From: Botryllus schlosseri | Taxonomy: Eukaryota | DNA length: 64,000 bases | Reading direction: 5' to 3' | Assembly (NCBI GenBank): GCA_051294905.1 | Contig: CM119375.1 | Coordinates: 17,980,001 to 18,044,000 of the forward strand | Shown here: positions 27,003 to 39,800 of the stretch, one piece after another | Layout of the letters: every line of letters begins with the position of its first letter | Numbering within the stretch: position 1 is the first letter of the stretch | Made by a program: the position numbers and the translations under genes | The notes under the pieces: generated by a model | The model's database searches: none | The model's input: only the letters and a program-made list of their open reading frames with translations | Told to the model about the DNA's origin: nothing

Positions 27003-29619
27003 AGTTTAGCCTATAGCGATATCGACTTATATGACTTCACCCCCCATGTGGCCATCTGTTGTAAGTAGGATATACCAATATAGTGCAACACAACGTTATA
27101 GACCGTTTTTCAACCTTCCCAACCCCTCTAAGCATTGCCAAAAATTGTGGGTCATCCGAATAACTCGATAATGATACATTGAAAAAGAAATCGAAGCAAT
27201 TTTTGCACTTTTAATCTTTGTCAATGCGTTGTCTGGACCAGTTTAAATCAGCTCAAGTTGATATTCGGGCATAATCATAAAAAACACTAACGTCAAGCTT
27301 TGTTATCATCAGTATACTTAACTTTTCACATTCATTAACTTCATCCACCCTCCTATAAAGCTCATTCTACACATAAGACGTTTGGAATACTACAACGCAT
27401 ACTCGTTCGAAACATTTCCAAGGATGGTTTGTATATCCTCATCTTTAGGGTGCTATCCTGTTAGGGAAAAAATTTTCATGCTCCCATACTGTCATGTGTT
27501 GCTCGAAAGTTGTTGACGTACCCTAAGGGTTTCCGATCCACTTGAAGTATTGTGAGTTAATATAGAGGAAATCTAAGCAAGGGTTATAGACAAGAAGTTT
27601 CGAATTTCGATTTTATCGTTTATCGAAGAGCAACAGCATTCGCGAGTCTTGGAAATTGACGGGAAGTGGGGATATAATAACAATACAACATTGCAATTTC
27701 CTTAAGCTGCATCTTCGACCTGTAACCTGTTCAGTGTTTATGTTGTCGGTGGAAGTCAAAATATTATCATTTCGTCACTTCATCTGTATATGTACGTACA
27801 GTTCATATAAAAGCTGGAATACGGCAGCGAGGTCGGGTTGCTATGTTATTACTGCGCAGAGGTGGTCACTAACGATGCATACTTGTACTTTTTCGTAGTA
27901 CTCAAGTCGTTTCCACCTACTTACAGTACTTGATCAAACAAAGCTACTTCATCATACTTACTTACTTACCTTTCCCTGTTAAGAGTTTGTCAGGTAGAAG
28001 TACCATATATGTCATTCCAATAAGAGAAGAGAGAGAGAGAGAGAGAGATCAAGTCAGAGAAATTGAAGGGCTTTTTCCACGAAGAATCCAGAATTTCCAT
28101 TATGTCACGCGCGAAATATATTGAGTCGCCAATCTGATTTCACGAAATTATCGGTCAATATAATAAACGTAGAAGTGGCATGGTTCATGTGAGCGATTTT
28201 AGGCCACATTGTCGCCTATAGCATATTTTGATCACAGTAAATAGAGCTCACCACAAAGTTTGGAACTATACGATCAGCCATACTTCTATGCCTTCCTAAT
28301 CGCGCAAATCGTTTATATAGCATCGGTATATCTTTTCCGTATCGCTCATCGTCTTATGAACTATAGACGGGTCTTGTAATACGAGGGTAGGCGCCATATT
28401 CTCTGAAAGAGGGCATCAGGGTGAAAGAAGATATAGGACCATTGTTCTATAGCAAAACTATCATCTGTATCATATATTGCGGTGGAATCCTTATGCTGTA
28501 AAACAATATATATCTTCTGTTCCGCTCTCCGCATCGTCGGCATATGCCAGTTTCCAGGTGTTGAAGGTTCATGGAAGCGTATTTATGAATGCTATTTACT
28601 CACACCAATCGTTTTATCTCGCCATGTTAAATGATATACTATGTAAGTATCAGCAGGGATATCTAGAACATTTTCTTACAGTAAACTTCTCGCTGAACAT
28701 CATTCAGATAGCATAGGTGATAAAGCTATCCATCACCGATAGCTTTTCTAGATATTCACTTGATAGAATTCATATTGACGGTATATTGGAGCCAAGAGAG
28801 ATGATTTGACGCTTAACTACAATAGAACTATCGAAAATGAAATCGGAGATGTAGCATATAGCAGTGCTCTTCAACCGAGGTGATGTACCACTCGGATGGG
28901 GTGTACAGGGGTGTACCAGATCCGAATTACAATGAGCCGATGGCTAGCTATCACAATCAGGTTTATGCGTCAGTACAGGTTGACGCACTGGTTAATGAGC
29001 AATATGGCAGTGCTCTTCAAACGGATGTTTCGTACACCCCACGGTGTACCATAATTTGTAAAGGGTGTACGACTCGGATTCGGTGTACAGGGGTGTACCA
29101 GATCCACATAATGATGGACCGATGATACGATGACTATAGCTATCACAATAAATACGCCAGTTGATGCTTCAAAACAGATTGACTGGATGTGTAATATCGT
29201 ACAATGTGATGTCATAAGCAAATGTTTCTAATCATTTAACCTTTGGTAATGGACTTATTACTTCCTTTTCGAGTAGAGTAGGGTGGAGTTAGCATGTGTT
29301 CAGCTTGCGATATATGTCTGATGATTCTCGAGGAAAACACCGCTACAGCTCCGACATTTTGAATTGGTGCTTCCTGTGGCCAGCTTATGAATAGCGCAGA
29401 ATACATGCTTGCGCACTGCGCAGCCAGGGGGTCTAGTTTGCGAACCACTGCGTTAGATGGTGGTCCAGTAACATCGAGCCCTGATTCGTATTTAGCATTT
29501 CCTATACGTTGCAGCCTTGCTCAAACGTTCATCCTTATTTCGGCTAGACCAGGGGTTCTCAACCTGTGGACGCACGGCCTCATTCAGCCGCAAAACCATA
29601 ATTTTGCGACCTTCTACAC

Positions 29620-29930
29620 CAGTGGTTTCAACCTTTTTTTAGACACGCCCCCCTTTATGGTAGTGAAATATTTCGCGCCCCCCTTATGGTCATATCACAA
29701 AATCCAACTGGGATGCTAGCAACCCCAACAGATTGTTTGATGGCATGGAAAGTTATGACTGTTGACGAGAGAATTCAAAAATATGAAATTCGGTCTATAC
29801 ATAGAGAAACACGCGTGAATTGGAGGCAAATCGCCCAGCGCGCAAAGAAAAATTTCAGCTGACCGCTTCTTCGCACCCCTCTTCCGATGCTTTCACGCCC
29901 CCAAGGGGGGCGCGCCCCCAGGTACCACTG
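29620..29930. mobile_element. Nested hAT MITE (agacacgcccc family)
   Basis: CAGTGGTTTCAACC ... CCACTG; perfect TSD ttctacac; related fragments at about 32692-32980 and 49119-49308. Confidence 0.88.
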
Positions 29931-29944
29931 TTCTACACATATTT

Positions 29945-30180
29945 AAATAAGTGTGTGTTGGCGGCCGTAATTATGCAACCAATTTTTGCTGGTTCGAGTC
30001 TCGGCTCTGCCATGTTTCTATGTGTTTTATGCGGTTTATGTAGGCTCCTCGTCGCCGACCGCCCTGTTAACGTAGCGTATTGAAAAGCCTAGAAGAAGAG
30101 TGAGCCGAGCTCTAAAGTCAGCAGCTGAGTCCTGAAAGTGGACTCACGTTAGCGAGAGAGAATGAAGAATGGAAGTGCGC
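29945..30180 (+). mobile_element. tRNA-derived SINE (nested)
   Basis: Box B GGTTCGAGTCT, followed by a body shared with other SINE copies (gtttctatgt, aaaagcctagaag). Confidence 0.65.
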
Positions 30181-31145
30181 GTACAAGCGAAAGTCGTCCT
30201 CATTACCCAAAGCAAAGACACTGAACTTTAAGAAATGCGCTGTCGTGGCGCACAAATTCTTAACAGGCGATTATCGCCACTGTCACTGATGTGTAATAAA
30301 AATATTATTATTAACAATACAAACAATCCTGGTGGGAGGCCGAGAAATAACAACATGCAACTATGTGATTAATATGAACCGGAAGATGCATCATCATTAA
30401 TATTGTACCCAATATTTTCGCTCCGCGCGTCTACGCACAAAATTCTGGTGTATTTTCTTGACATTTATACTCGCGATTTTGGTACATGTATTATATATTT
30501 TAAGCCTGCTGGGATGTTTTGCTTCTACAATAAGAAAATTTGCGCATTGCATATCTCAAGAAACAACTGAAGGCACAGAATACCACAACGGCTCTCTGCG
30601 GTGTTAAGTTCCCAGTATCAAATTTCATATGAGTATTTGTCGTCCATGCGCCATGGCGACTCCCCGCTGGAATCCGGACGTATTGTATATGTAATCAAAA
30701 TGCGGCTTTCTGCGTTATCGGTACATTATACCTTCAGGAGGGGTGTACGAGTTTTGTGAAAATGTTAAAAGGATGTACCAGGACGAAAAAAGGTTGAAGA
30801 GCACTGGCATATAACATCCAATCTCGAGGTTTTGGTGAGAATGCTAGCGAGCATTTTCAAAAGCCTTTATCGGGTAAGTTTACAGTAAACGATATGCTGC
30901 GCCACTAAACCCCTTACTGATAAGGTAGAACATCCAACGCACCTATATATAACATAGAGTAGCGGTACCCATACTGATTTTATTGTCGGCGCCCTAATGA
31001 ATTCGAAATTTCGAAAAGTATTTAGATGTGAAATTAAAATTATGTAATCCTGTTTGCTCAAAATTAACAATACTGCTTGTTGATTTTGCACCCGTAAGAA
31101 ACCTACAACTATGCATTTTATTTCATGCAGATTACTACTATCAGA

Positions 31146-31345
31146 CAGAGTTGGATCAATTACAATAATTCAGTTCAATTATATTTACAATTACAATTAC
31201 TTCCTTGCATGTTTCAATTACATTACCATTACAATTCCTCAATTCTAAAAATATCAAATTACAATTACAATTACAATTACTGTTAAACATGTATTTAATT
31301 ACAATTACAATTACAATTACAATTACTGTTAAACATGTAATTGAC
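31146..31345. repeat. (AATTAC)n array, probably the subterminal array of a hAT-type end (CAGAGTTGG)
   Basis: More than 10 AATTAC/ATTAC units, including a duplicated aattacaattacaattactgttaaacatgta. Confidence 0.7.
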
Positions 31346-31474
31346 TCGGTAGAGAGGTGTTCTTGGACAACCGTAGCGACGTAATTAGTAACAATCTCAA
31401 GCTATTCATGTTTCATTCATGATACGTAGAATACCCTAACTCGAACGTATTCGAACTATTCGTAATCATGAGTA

Positions 31475-32109
31475 TGTATGTATGTATATTGGGGTTATGG
31501 TGCTTAGCAACTATGGCCTTGTGCACCAGACCAAAGTGTTGTAGGCATGTGTACTAGATTCTACTGCTACATTATAGTTGCCTCTCGGTGAGGAAAACAT
31601 CATCAATCACAGGCAAAATTGTGTAAGGGTTGCCGAGAAGTGACACAATGTCTATGGGCACATGGTTTCGTAGTACTATGTCCTTAAAATAGTTACGCTG
31701 TGAGCTATATCGAGAACATTGTGACAAGAAATGCTCAACCGTCTCTATAACGCCACATGTTTCACAAAGGCCATCGTTGTGACATCCAATTCTATGTAAG
31801 TGCCCGTTAAGTTTGCAATGCCCAGTCTGAAGCCGTAACGATATTGCTGTTTCCCTTCTTGATAGTCCCAGTGACTGCGACATATCATATGCGCCGTGAA
31901 TTAGCTTGCAGATATTTTCGGAATCATTCGTTTCAAATTCGTTTTTCCATCTTTCGTGAGTCAGTTCTTTGATAATTATTTTGGCCTCTTGTAGGGAGAG
32001 TGGGATGTCACTGGATGATCATTGTGTTGGAAACGTAGCCGCTTCCTTGGCGAGTTTATCGGCTATACCGTTGAATCCAATCCCGCAGTGACCTTAACAC
32101 AATCAATAT
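31475..32109 (-). mobile_element. 5'-truncated I-group non-LTR retrotransposon (RNase H end plus CCHC knuckle)
   Basis: Translations GHCGIGFNGIADKLAKEAA (RNase H end) and RRETAISLRLQTGHCKLNGHLHRIG...LCETCGVIETVEHFLSQC (ORF 31572-31883); (TACA)n tail; perfect 13-bp TSD gtaatcatgagta (31462-31474, 32110-32122). Confidence 0.93.
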
Positions 32110-33869
32110 GTAATCATGAGTACTGAAAACTACAAACACAGAAAAATGTTTCAAGCGACTGTTAACAACCAAAAGTTTGAGCGACTTACAGCGAGTAGGC
32201 TACAGGACAGTTAATGAAATGCAATCAAACGATTAGGCTACTCGTAGGACTGAGTGAGGATAATGAAATGTAATTGGTAAGGCGACAGCGATAAGAATGA
32301 TACCGATAAGGTGTGTAAAATTAAAATAAATGCAGAAGGAAAGAACCTCCTGATAACTATGAATTACAACATTTCGGTTCGCATTTGCATTTTCACTTGC
32401 TCGGAAACTGTTAGATTGCGTCTGATGAACATTAGGATGCGAAAAGTTTCTGGCCCCAGTAAATGTGGCCAAGATTGGAAGTAAGATTGCGATAACACCT
32501 CTATAAATGTGTGATCAAGTTTGATAAAGTTTTATCAAACTTTTTGCAAGTGTTGCAGCAAGCCTCGGTAATGGTCAGAGATGTAAAAAAAAACTCTGAC
32601 CGGCGTGGCGTAGGAAATGGTTCAGCACAGCTTTCAAAAGAGTTTATTTGCTGTTCATTCATTTTTGAAATATTAGGATTTAGTTTAGCCCACTGGTTCT
32701 TTAACTTTTTTAGACACGCCCCTCTTTATGCCAGTGAAATATTTCGTGCCCCCCCTTATCGTCATATCACACAATGAAACCAGAATGTTAGCAACCCTTA
32801 CAGATAGTTCCATGGAAGGTTATGACTGTTGATGAGAGAATTCTTCAATATGAAATTCAGACTATACACAGAGCAATAACTATAAAAAGGAGGAGAATCG
32901 CGCAAAGCGCGGAAAAAATTTCAGTTTACCGGAGCTTCGCGCCTCCCTTCAGATGTTTTCACGCCGTCCAAGAACAAAAAATTTGAAATAGTATTTACTG
33001 TGGGCACCACTATAATAAATAAATATAGAATTGGTCACCGTAAATACTATTTTATTCATAATCCAAATTTTTGGACGGCAATAACTCCGCTTCCACTGGT
33101 TGGAATCGAGCAAAATTTGGTGAACATCGTTTCTATAGACAACCTAACACTTTAATGGGGTGAATTTTTTGTTTAATTTCAACTAATAAATAGAAACTTT
33201 TTTCTCCTGTAGCAATGCGGCTACTGGTTAGAATTGAACCAAATTTGGTGTGTAGGCTTAAATTAGGTAACCTAACAATTTTATCAAGTAGCCAGTAGGA
33301 TTTGAGAAAAAAAGTTATTTTTGAAGACCCCTAACGAACAATTCCTGTTGATCGTCACCACGAAGATAATATAAAACTCGTAAAATTCTACGGTACAGCA
33401 TCAGTTCCAGTTTCAACAGATCTTGGCATTGTCCGGCCAACGACAAAATTCTTACCGGCCCACGGAAAGTTCCTTGTAATTTAGACCATACAATTTTTTG
33501 ATCAATGTTAATGCGTGGACTGAAACTGTAGGCTGTATACTGAACCGGACATGCGTTTACTTTAAAGTCTGATGTATTTATGCACCGTGATTACGTAACC
33601 TACAAAAGTCGTATGCGTAATCCAGGTTCAAAATTAGGCCAATTTTGGGAAGCATGTCGTATCCATTATTAAAGTTACAAGACACTGTTTCCATATTCAT
33701 GCTCAAATCTTTTGTGTTACCACCTTATACATTAGGTATTACATACAAGCTTTGTGTTTTAACTATTATGTCATACGTTTCCAAATGCTAATTCGTACAG
33801 TATTGTCATTAGTAGGCGTTATTAGCGGTCATCCTCACCTCACTTATAAACGATGTTTTGTCAAGCAAT

Positions 33870-34240
33870 GAAAGGTGCGAATGAAGGCCGACATTTAAAC
33901 AAGATTTGGAGCATTAAATCGTTGTTTAATGAATTCAGCCGCGAAACAGACATTTTTAGTTTATGATGAGTACCGAGCAGGTCTGTGTGTTTAAGGAATT
34001 GTATTTCAGTCGGCATTATGACGAAAACCATCCTACGAAATATATAAACTCGGCTGATGTGGAAGTCCTGCTAGCGAAGCTAGCAAAATAGCAGGGCTGT
34101 TGTACCAAGCCACACAGAGCTCGGCATGTAGCCTAATATTAACGCCTTTATTTGGAAGCATGTCTTAACAATGTCAATTCACTGATTTCGATTTATATAT
34201 GAAACATTTGGCCCGCCGGAAAAATAATTGCACACCTCCG
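33870..34240 (+). pseudogene. GTF2IRD2/SPIN-like (Buster hAT) transposase N-terminal remnant with right TIR
   Basis: Frame-broken EGRHLNKIWSIKSLFNEF...SVCL...KELYFSRHYDENHPTKY, resembling the zinc-finger N-terminus of Buster transposases; ends ggcccgcc...ttgcacacctccg. Confidence 0.6.
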
Positions 34241-36885
34241 ATCTATACAATACAGGTCACGGGGACAGTGCAATGTGGGATGCTATACGGTTACCTCGTT
34301 GTAACAGCGGTGGTGACGTATATAAATTTGTGCGTACAAAATCAGAATTGAAACATCACTAATTCTGTGTCATGCACCAGTCTACTGTATACACAAATGC
34401 TATTACAAATATACATTCTTTCCGGCATGTATAGTAATACCTACAAGATATTCATTCAATTTCTCTATGTAAAATTTTCTCTATCGTCTTATGATGTGCC
34501 CATCTGTTATGGTAGTGGCGATAATTTATGTAGGCCCATATCAGGGGTGTCAAACTGAGCCTGCGTCGCGGGCCGGATTCAAACCTTCAGATTGCTCGCT
34601 GGCTGGACTAGTCAAAGTTATGACATCTCAAACTCAATGCCCTTGTTTTTCACTTGAATACGTTAGTACCAAGCCTATATACATAATTACATTATATTCC
34701 GGATCATGGGGGTTCTATTCTATCAACCCTTTTATTCGAAAACATCAGAATTGATGAAATATGACGACTAGTCGGTTGAAAACAGTTATATACCGCTAAA
34801 ACAGTGGCTCTAACGACGATATAAGTTGGAATATTTCTATGTTCCCTTATTTTTAATCGTAATCTGATGGTAGCCCTGCGTATGCGTTGGGAGGTGTACA
34901 AGAGAGTTAACTCTACACACGTATTTTGGAATTTGGCTCAGTATTATTAAATCGGGTTTCTCTTGAGGCCAGGAACCTTTGATTCAGAAGTATAATACAG
35001 CAGTGTGGCCACTGTTATATAAATTACTTATCTTTGTGTAACTATTACAGTCTTCATGTCACCTGCAAATAACGGTTTCGCATTGGCGTTTTCATGAGCC
35101 TATTATCAGTGGCCGAATTTCTTATCCTCACCGGCAGACAGTTGTAAAACTGATGAACTTCTAGACTCTCTAGACCTGGTGTAAAAGGCCCTAGAAGCCG
35201 ATCGCCATATGTCCTAACATTAACAACTACAACAACAACAACAACAAGAGTATATGGTTTTATGCCTTGTCCGTGATAGGGAGTATTGAAACCACAATAC
35301 CGTTGTCGCATAGTTATAATGAGCACATCCGACATTTGCTTTCTTGATGGAATATTTAATGAAATTATTTCTTACTAAAAACCTCAAATATATTATAAAT
35401 GTGCTGGGTGATGCAAACATTGTGCAACCTACCCATAATGAATTGCTTCGCGGGCCGGATGAAATCGTCTGGCGGGCCGTACGTTTGACATCCCTGGCTG
35501 AGACACGTAAAAGGGACGATATGCGCCAATGCGTTGCCCAACTTTGTGACTTTAATCTTGTGACGTGATTCGCTTTCGAACGTCACGAGATTGTTGAAAA
35601 AAAACTACGCGAAAAATTATATCTCTACTGCTGCGCATATATGGATGTTCATATGCTGTAGTTGGAATATTCATAAGTAGCAGTTAGGGAGTATTTGAAA
35701 TGTTAGAATTTATCACGTCAAGCAGTATCAGAAACAAAAGTCTCGCTAATTTCTATACTTTATGTAGAGAAAATCTTTGGATATCAGAAGTGTCATTTCA
35801 GAAAACCTTCTTATCGATAATTGAATTATTGCCTTTAGCGATTCAAAGTGCTATCTTGTGATGTATATCAATGTCTCATTCCATAATATCTACTCGGGTT
35901 TATCTAAAATATGAGGTATACGTAAGATAGACCTTAAAATGTGCTCTCCACTCGTCTCTTTCTTGTCTTGTTAGCACAAACTCGTTGTCATGGATGATGA
36001 ATATATATCAATAAGCTGAAATGAACTGGAGCTCAGCAGCAGATGTATAAAATGAACTGTACATCACCATATAGTGACGCGATTGGCTCAGGAGCACAAG
36101 AATTGAAACGACGTATGAATTTCGAGCTGATCTGTCCGGCGGGGCACAAATACTATCAGCTAACATTAGGGTTGCATTTAAAACAAAAATCAATTTAAAA
36201 CACACATGTTTAAAACAATTAGGCCCTAATTTACAACATGTTTTTTATTGTTTTTTTTTTCAAGTCATGACGTCACAAATATTCAAGTGTGACGTCATAG
36301 TGGATTGACATTTACAATTGAAAATATAGGGTGAAAATGGCTCATTTGACGAAATATATGTACTATTGCTGTTGAACCGACTATTTTGAGGGTTCCAACC
36401 ATCCCATATCGATATCCGTCGGCTACATCGGGTGTTAATTGTCCGTAGGCTCATACAACATGTTTTTTGTAAAGTATTGACAGAATTATGGCATAATTTA
36501 CAGCTTAAAAAACACAATTTCTTTTTCAAAAAAGGCCTAAAACACCGGTTGCTGCAATCCTAGCTAACATTAATTTCCATTTACTGTGCAAGTGTACGTG
36601 CCTGTTTCAACATGTTAATACTCTTTTTGTTATCTATAGGGCCAGTGCGGTACTTGATTGATAGACGTTTCTATCACGATTCTATACTATTTCCAATGAT
36701 TTTATGGCATAGCCAACTCGTGTTCATGAATGTATGATATAGCAATAACCTAAGCTGAACTGTTCTGAACGTTTTCTCAGTCCGGATGACAATTCACAAT
36801 GTAAAATTGGTTATAATGAGAATGAACCATTGATAAACAGCACACTGTAGGACTAGACAAGACAGCTATACGTCGTAAAATCAAT

Positions 36886-39800
36886 CTATCTTTCGCAGAT
36901 CACTCCTCTCAGCCCTTCCGATCTTGCGTTGAACATGTGCTGATCCAAACTGGTCCACTTTTGATCGATTGATATCGCCATGCAGCAGCAATATGCGTCA
37001 TCCTCATGTGGAAGTCCGGGATGCCATTTTACAAAAGGTGCAGCGGTCCCGTTGGAGAGTCGGACACTCTGTGTCTGTGGATAACACAGAATTTGTCGTT
37101 TTAGTTTCACAAACTTTTAGTCTTTACCACAGGGACGGGCAAGATACGGCCCGCGAAGGAATTTTGAGCTGCCCGCAGATATTTTTTACCCTGAAAGTGA
37201 AATTTTAATATAAAAGTATTGAGAAATTTCAAGTTTTTTACCCTGAAAGTGAAATTTGAATATGAAAGTATTGACAAAATCCAAGTTTGCCAACCTGCGA
37301 AAGATGATCATGAAATGACTTGCTCTGTTCGGGTGTACAGACATTTTCGACCATTAGCTTCAACGAAACAAGGCTGCGTTCCAATATTATATAACTGATG
37401 TTCACGTGCAGTCGTTACTAAGGGTTTGTACATGTGACATGCAGCCAGAGTTCAAGGAACTCGTTGACAACTTTGACCGACCACAGATGTCTGAATGACT
37501 TCAACAGTTAGTGTTAATAAATTCATTAAATACTGTTTCTTGGTCTCTGTGCTTTAAACCTAAAGTTTACATTAAATACGATTTATTACTTGTATAGATT
37601 GATAATTACGCGATTTATGTATATATTATATAATCCGGCCCGCCAACAACTTCCTTTTTCCATATCCGGCCCGCCGACCGGAGTAGTTACCCGCCCCTGC
37701 TTTACCATATACACCAGTGGTTCTCAACCTTTTTGACCTCGTGGCACACTTTGAAAATGAGAAATATCTCGCGGCACACTTGGTTCTCAACTTTTTAGGC
37801 TTACGGCACCTGAGAAGTACCAAAATTTTCCAGCAATGTTCCCTCTAATTTTTCGCGAGTCTGCGCGCACTCACCAACTCACTGCGCAGCCCTTGAACAA
37901 GAGTGCGTAATGATTAAAAATAATTTTAAAAAAAAGATAAAAAAGGTCATCGCTTCGGCATTTTGTGCGCAGCTTAGATTTTCTGTGCGCAGAGACCGTG
38001 TCGGCACTGCAAAATTGAGCGTGCGTGCAGCTTAAATGGAACAGTGCTTAACAGCAACCATAGTCGTACAGACGGGGTCTCTGACGAAGTACTTCTGCCT
38101 TTTCGGAGCACTCAATTAGGATTTTCTCAGCTTGAAAGAGAAAATTATGTTATCTTCTATATCTGCGGACATGTTACAAATATGTCCACGAATGGTGTCA
38201 TTTGACACGGGAATCATTTTAAATTCTTTCGCAGCTTTGGCCCCAAAGATTATTTTACAATTCTAGTGCAAACCGAAGAATAACTTTCTACGCTTCCGTG
38301 TGAGGATTTGAAATTTTAGCTATTACCTCTGCGCCACATAACTAGCCTGCTGCGATCTCGTTGAAACTTTGGTCTGCGCTTATATACCATATTTCATAAG
38401 ATTTGTTTGACAATGAATCCTGCCCACTACCGTCTTTGTCGATGTAATTATAACCATCGTATCGAACAGGCCAAGCACGATCGCCACAAACGAATACGAA
38501 GGTTTTGGGACGTATACGATGCCAAAGGCATGTTCACCCATGTTGCATAGCACGCGTAATGATAGCAATACCTCAGCAGTTCTACTGGCAGGGACAGCCA
38601 CACAGTTCAATTATAGTTCCAACAAACCCCGATAATAACCGCAGTGGAGAGAAATTTGGTAACTGATGTAATAAGATCAACTTTACTTCTCAATTCTCAA
38701 ATTTGTCTCCGGTAAAGTAACGTTGCGCTCCGACCCCGCATTTTAACGGTAGTACCGACACGCTGTCTAACAATCGCAACGTGGGTGTCTATTCTGTGTG
38801 ATTAGAATTTGGAAATGTGAACATCACTTCCAAAGGAATTCATTCCTCGGTAGTAATTAGGAAAACGATGTGTATTTGAAAACTGCATTGTCATACAGGC
38901 GCCGTCATGTCTGCTCTTCTCTGCGTCCAATCATCGCAATGTGCAAAACTTAATTCAACCTTCACGGCAGGCTATATGTCGGGAAAAGCGAATTCGCGGG
39001 GGTATTGATTGCAGGCATGACAGTAATTTTGGTTTGTCAAATTAATCAAATTTCAGCTTTCGTTAGTAACATCACGGTAAGCCAGAGGTCTCAAAGACAC
39101 GGCCCGCGAGTGCATTTTGTGCGGCCCGCGACGGCATTTTGGAATCTCAAGTATTCAACAATATATTCAAGTGCCTTATATATCTTTTTTAGATATAGGA
39201 ACTTAAAATTCACCCTGAAACTGTTATAAAAACCACTCAAATCTCAACAAACTTCACTCTGACGTCACCTTCAAAAGCTTCCATGCGGTAGAAGATCAGC
39301 TATTACGTCACATTTCTAGTTCATGATGATAAAACATGACCCGTTGATGATTCGTGACTGAAAATTGTTATTTGGTTTGGTGCGACCTTCTCGTAAAATT
39401 GCTCGATTTCGGATTGAATGGGTGGTTAAATAAAAATGACTCGAGTTGAGTCCGGTCAGACGTTAAAATCGGAGACGGACTTGCGACTCGGAACGGTATC
39501 TATGACACTATCATAGGGAATAGTAATACATCAAAAAGTCGTAGCTTGCTTAAGTAGGGTATATGGCTATCTAATCAGGTCAGCATTGAAGCCATTGGCA
39601 TTTTGTGACTCCCGTGACATATAGTTGGTAACATGCTGGGTGTTGTTTGTTCTCTTTATCCATGTTATTATCGGTGGCGAGCAAGATAGTAGTACGCTCT
39701 GCAGCTGTAACACAAATGAATTCTTCGCTGATTGGACATTTTGATTCCAGGGGTTCTTAATCATGGTCCGCAGACCCCATCGGTATACGAAGCACCACAT

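Larger units (their letters stand above)
28862..30806. mobile_element. 1.9-kb non-autonomous hAT with nested MITE and SINE
   Basis: TIRs CAGTGCTCTTCAACC ... GGTTGAAGAGCACTG; TSD gcatatag/gcatataa (7/8); GTGTAC(C/A) arrays; left end tandemly duplicated at about 29008. Confidence 0.85.

Noticed and set aside
34542-35496. Single hAT element from CAGGGGTGTCAAA to TTTGACATCCCTG
   Set aside because: Flanks gcccatat and gctgagac do not form a TSD; probably two separate partial ends.
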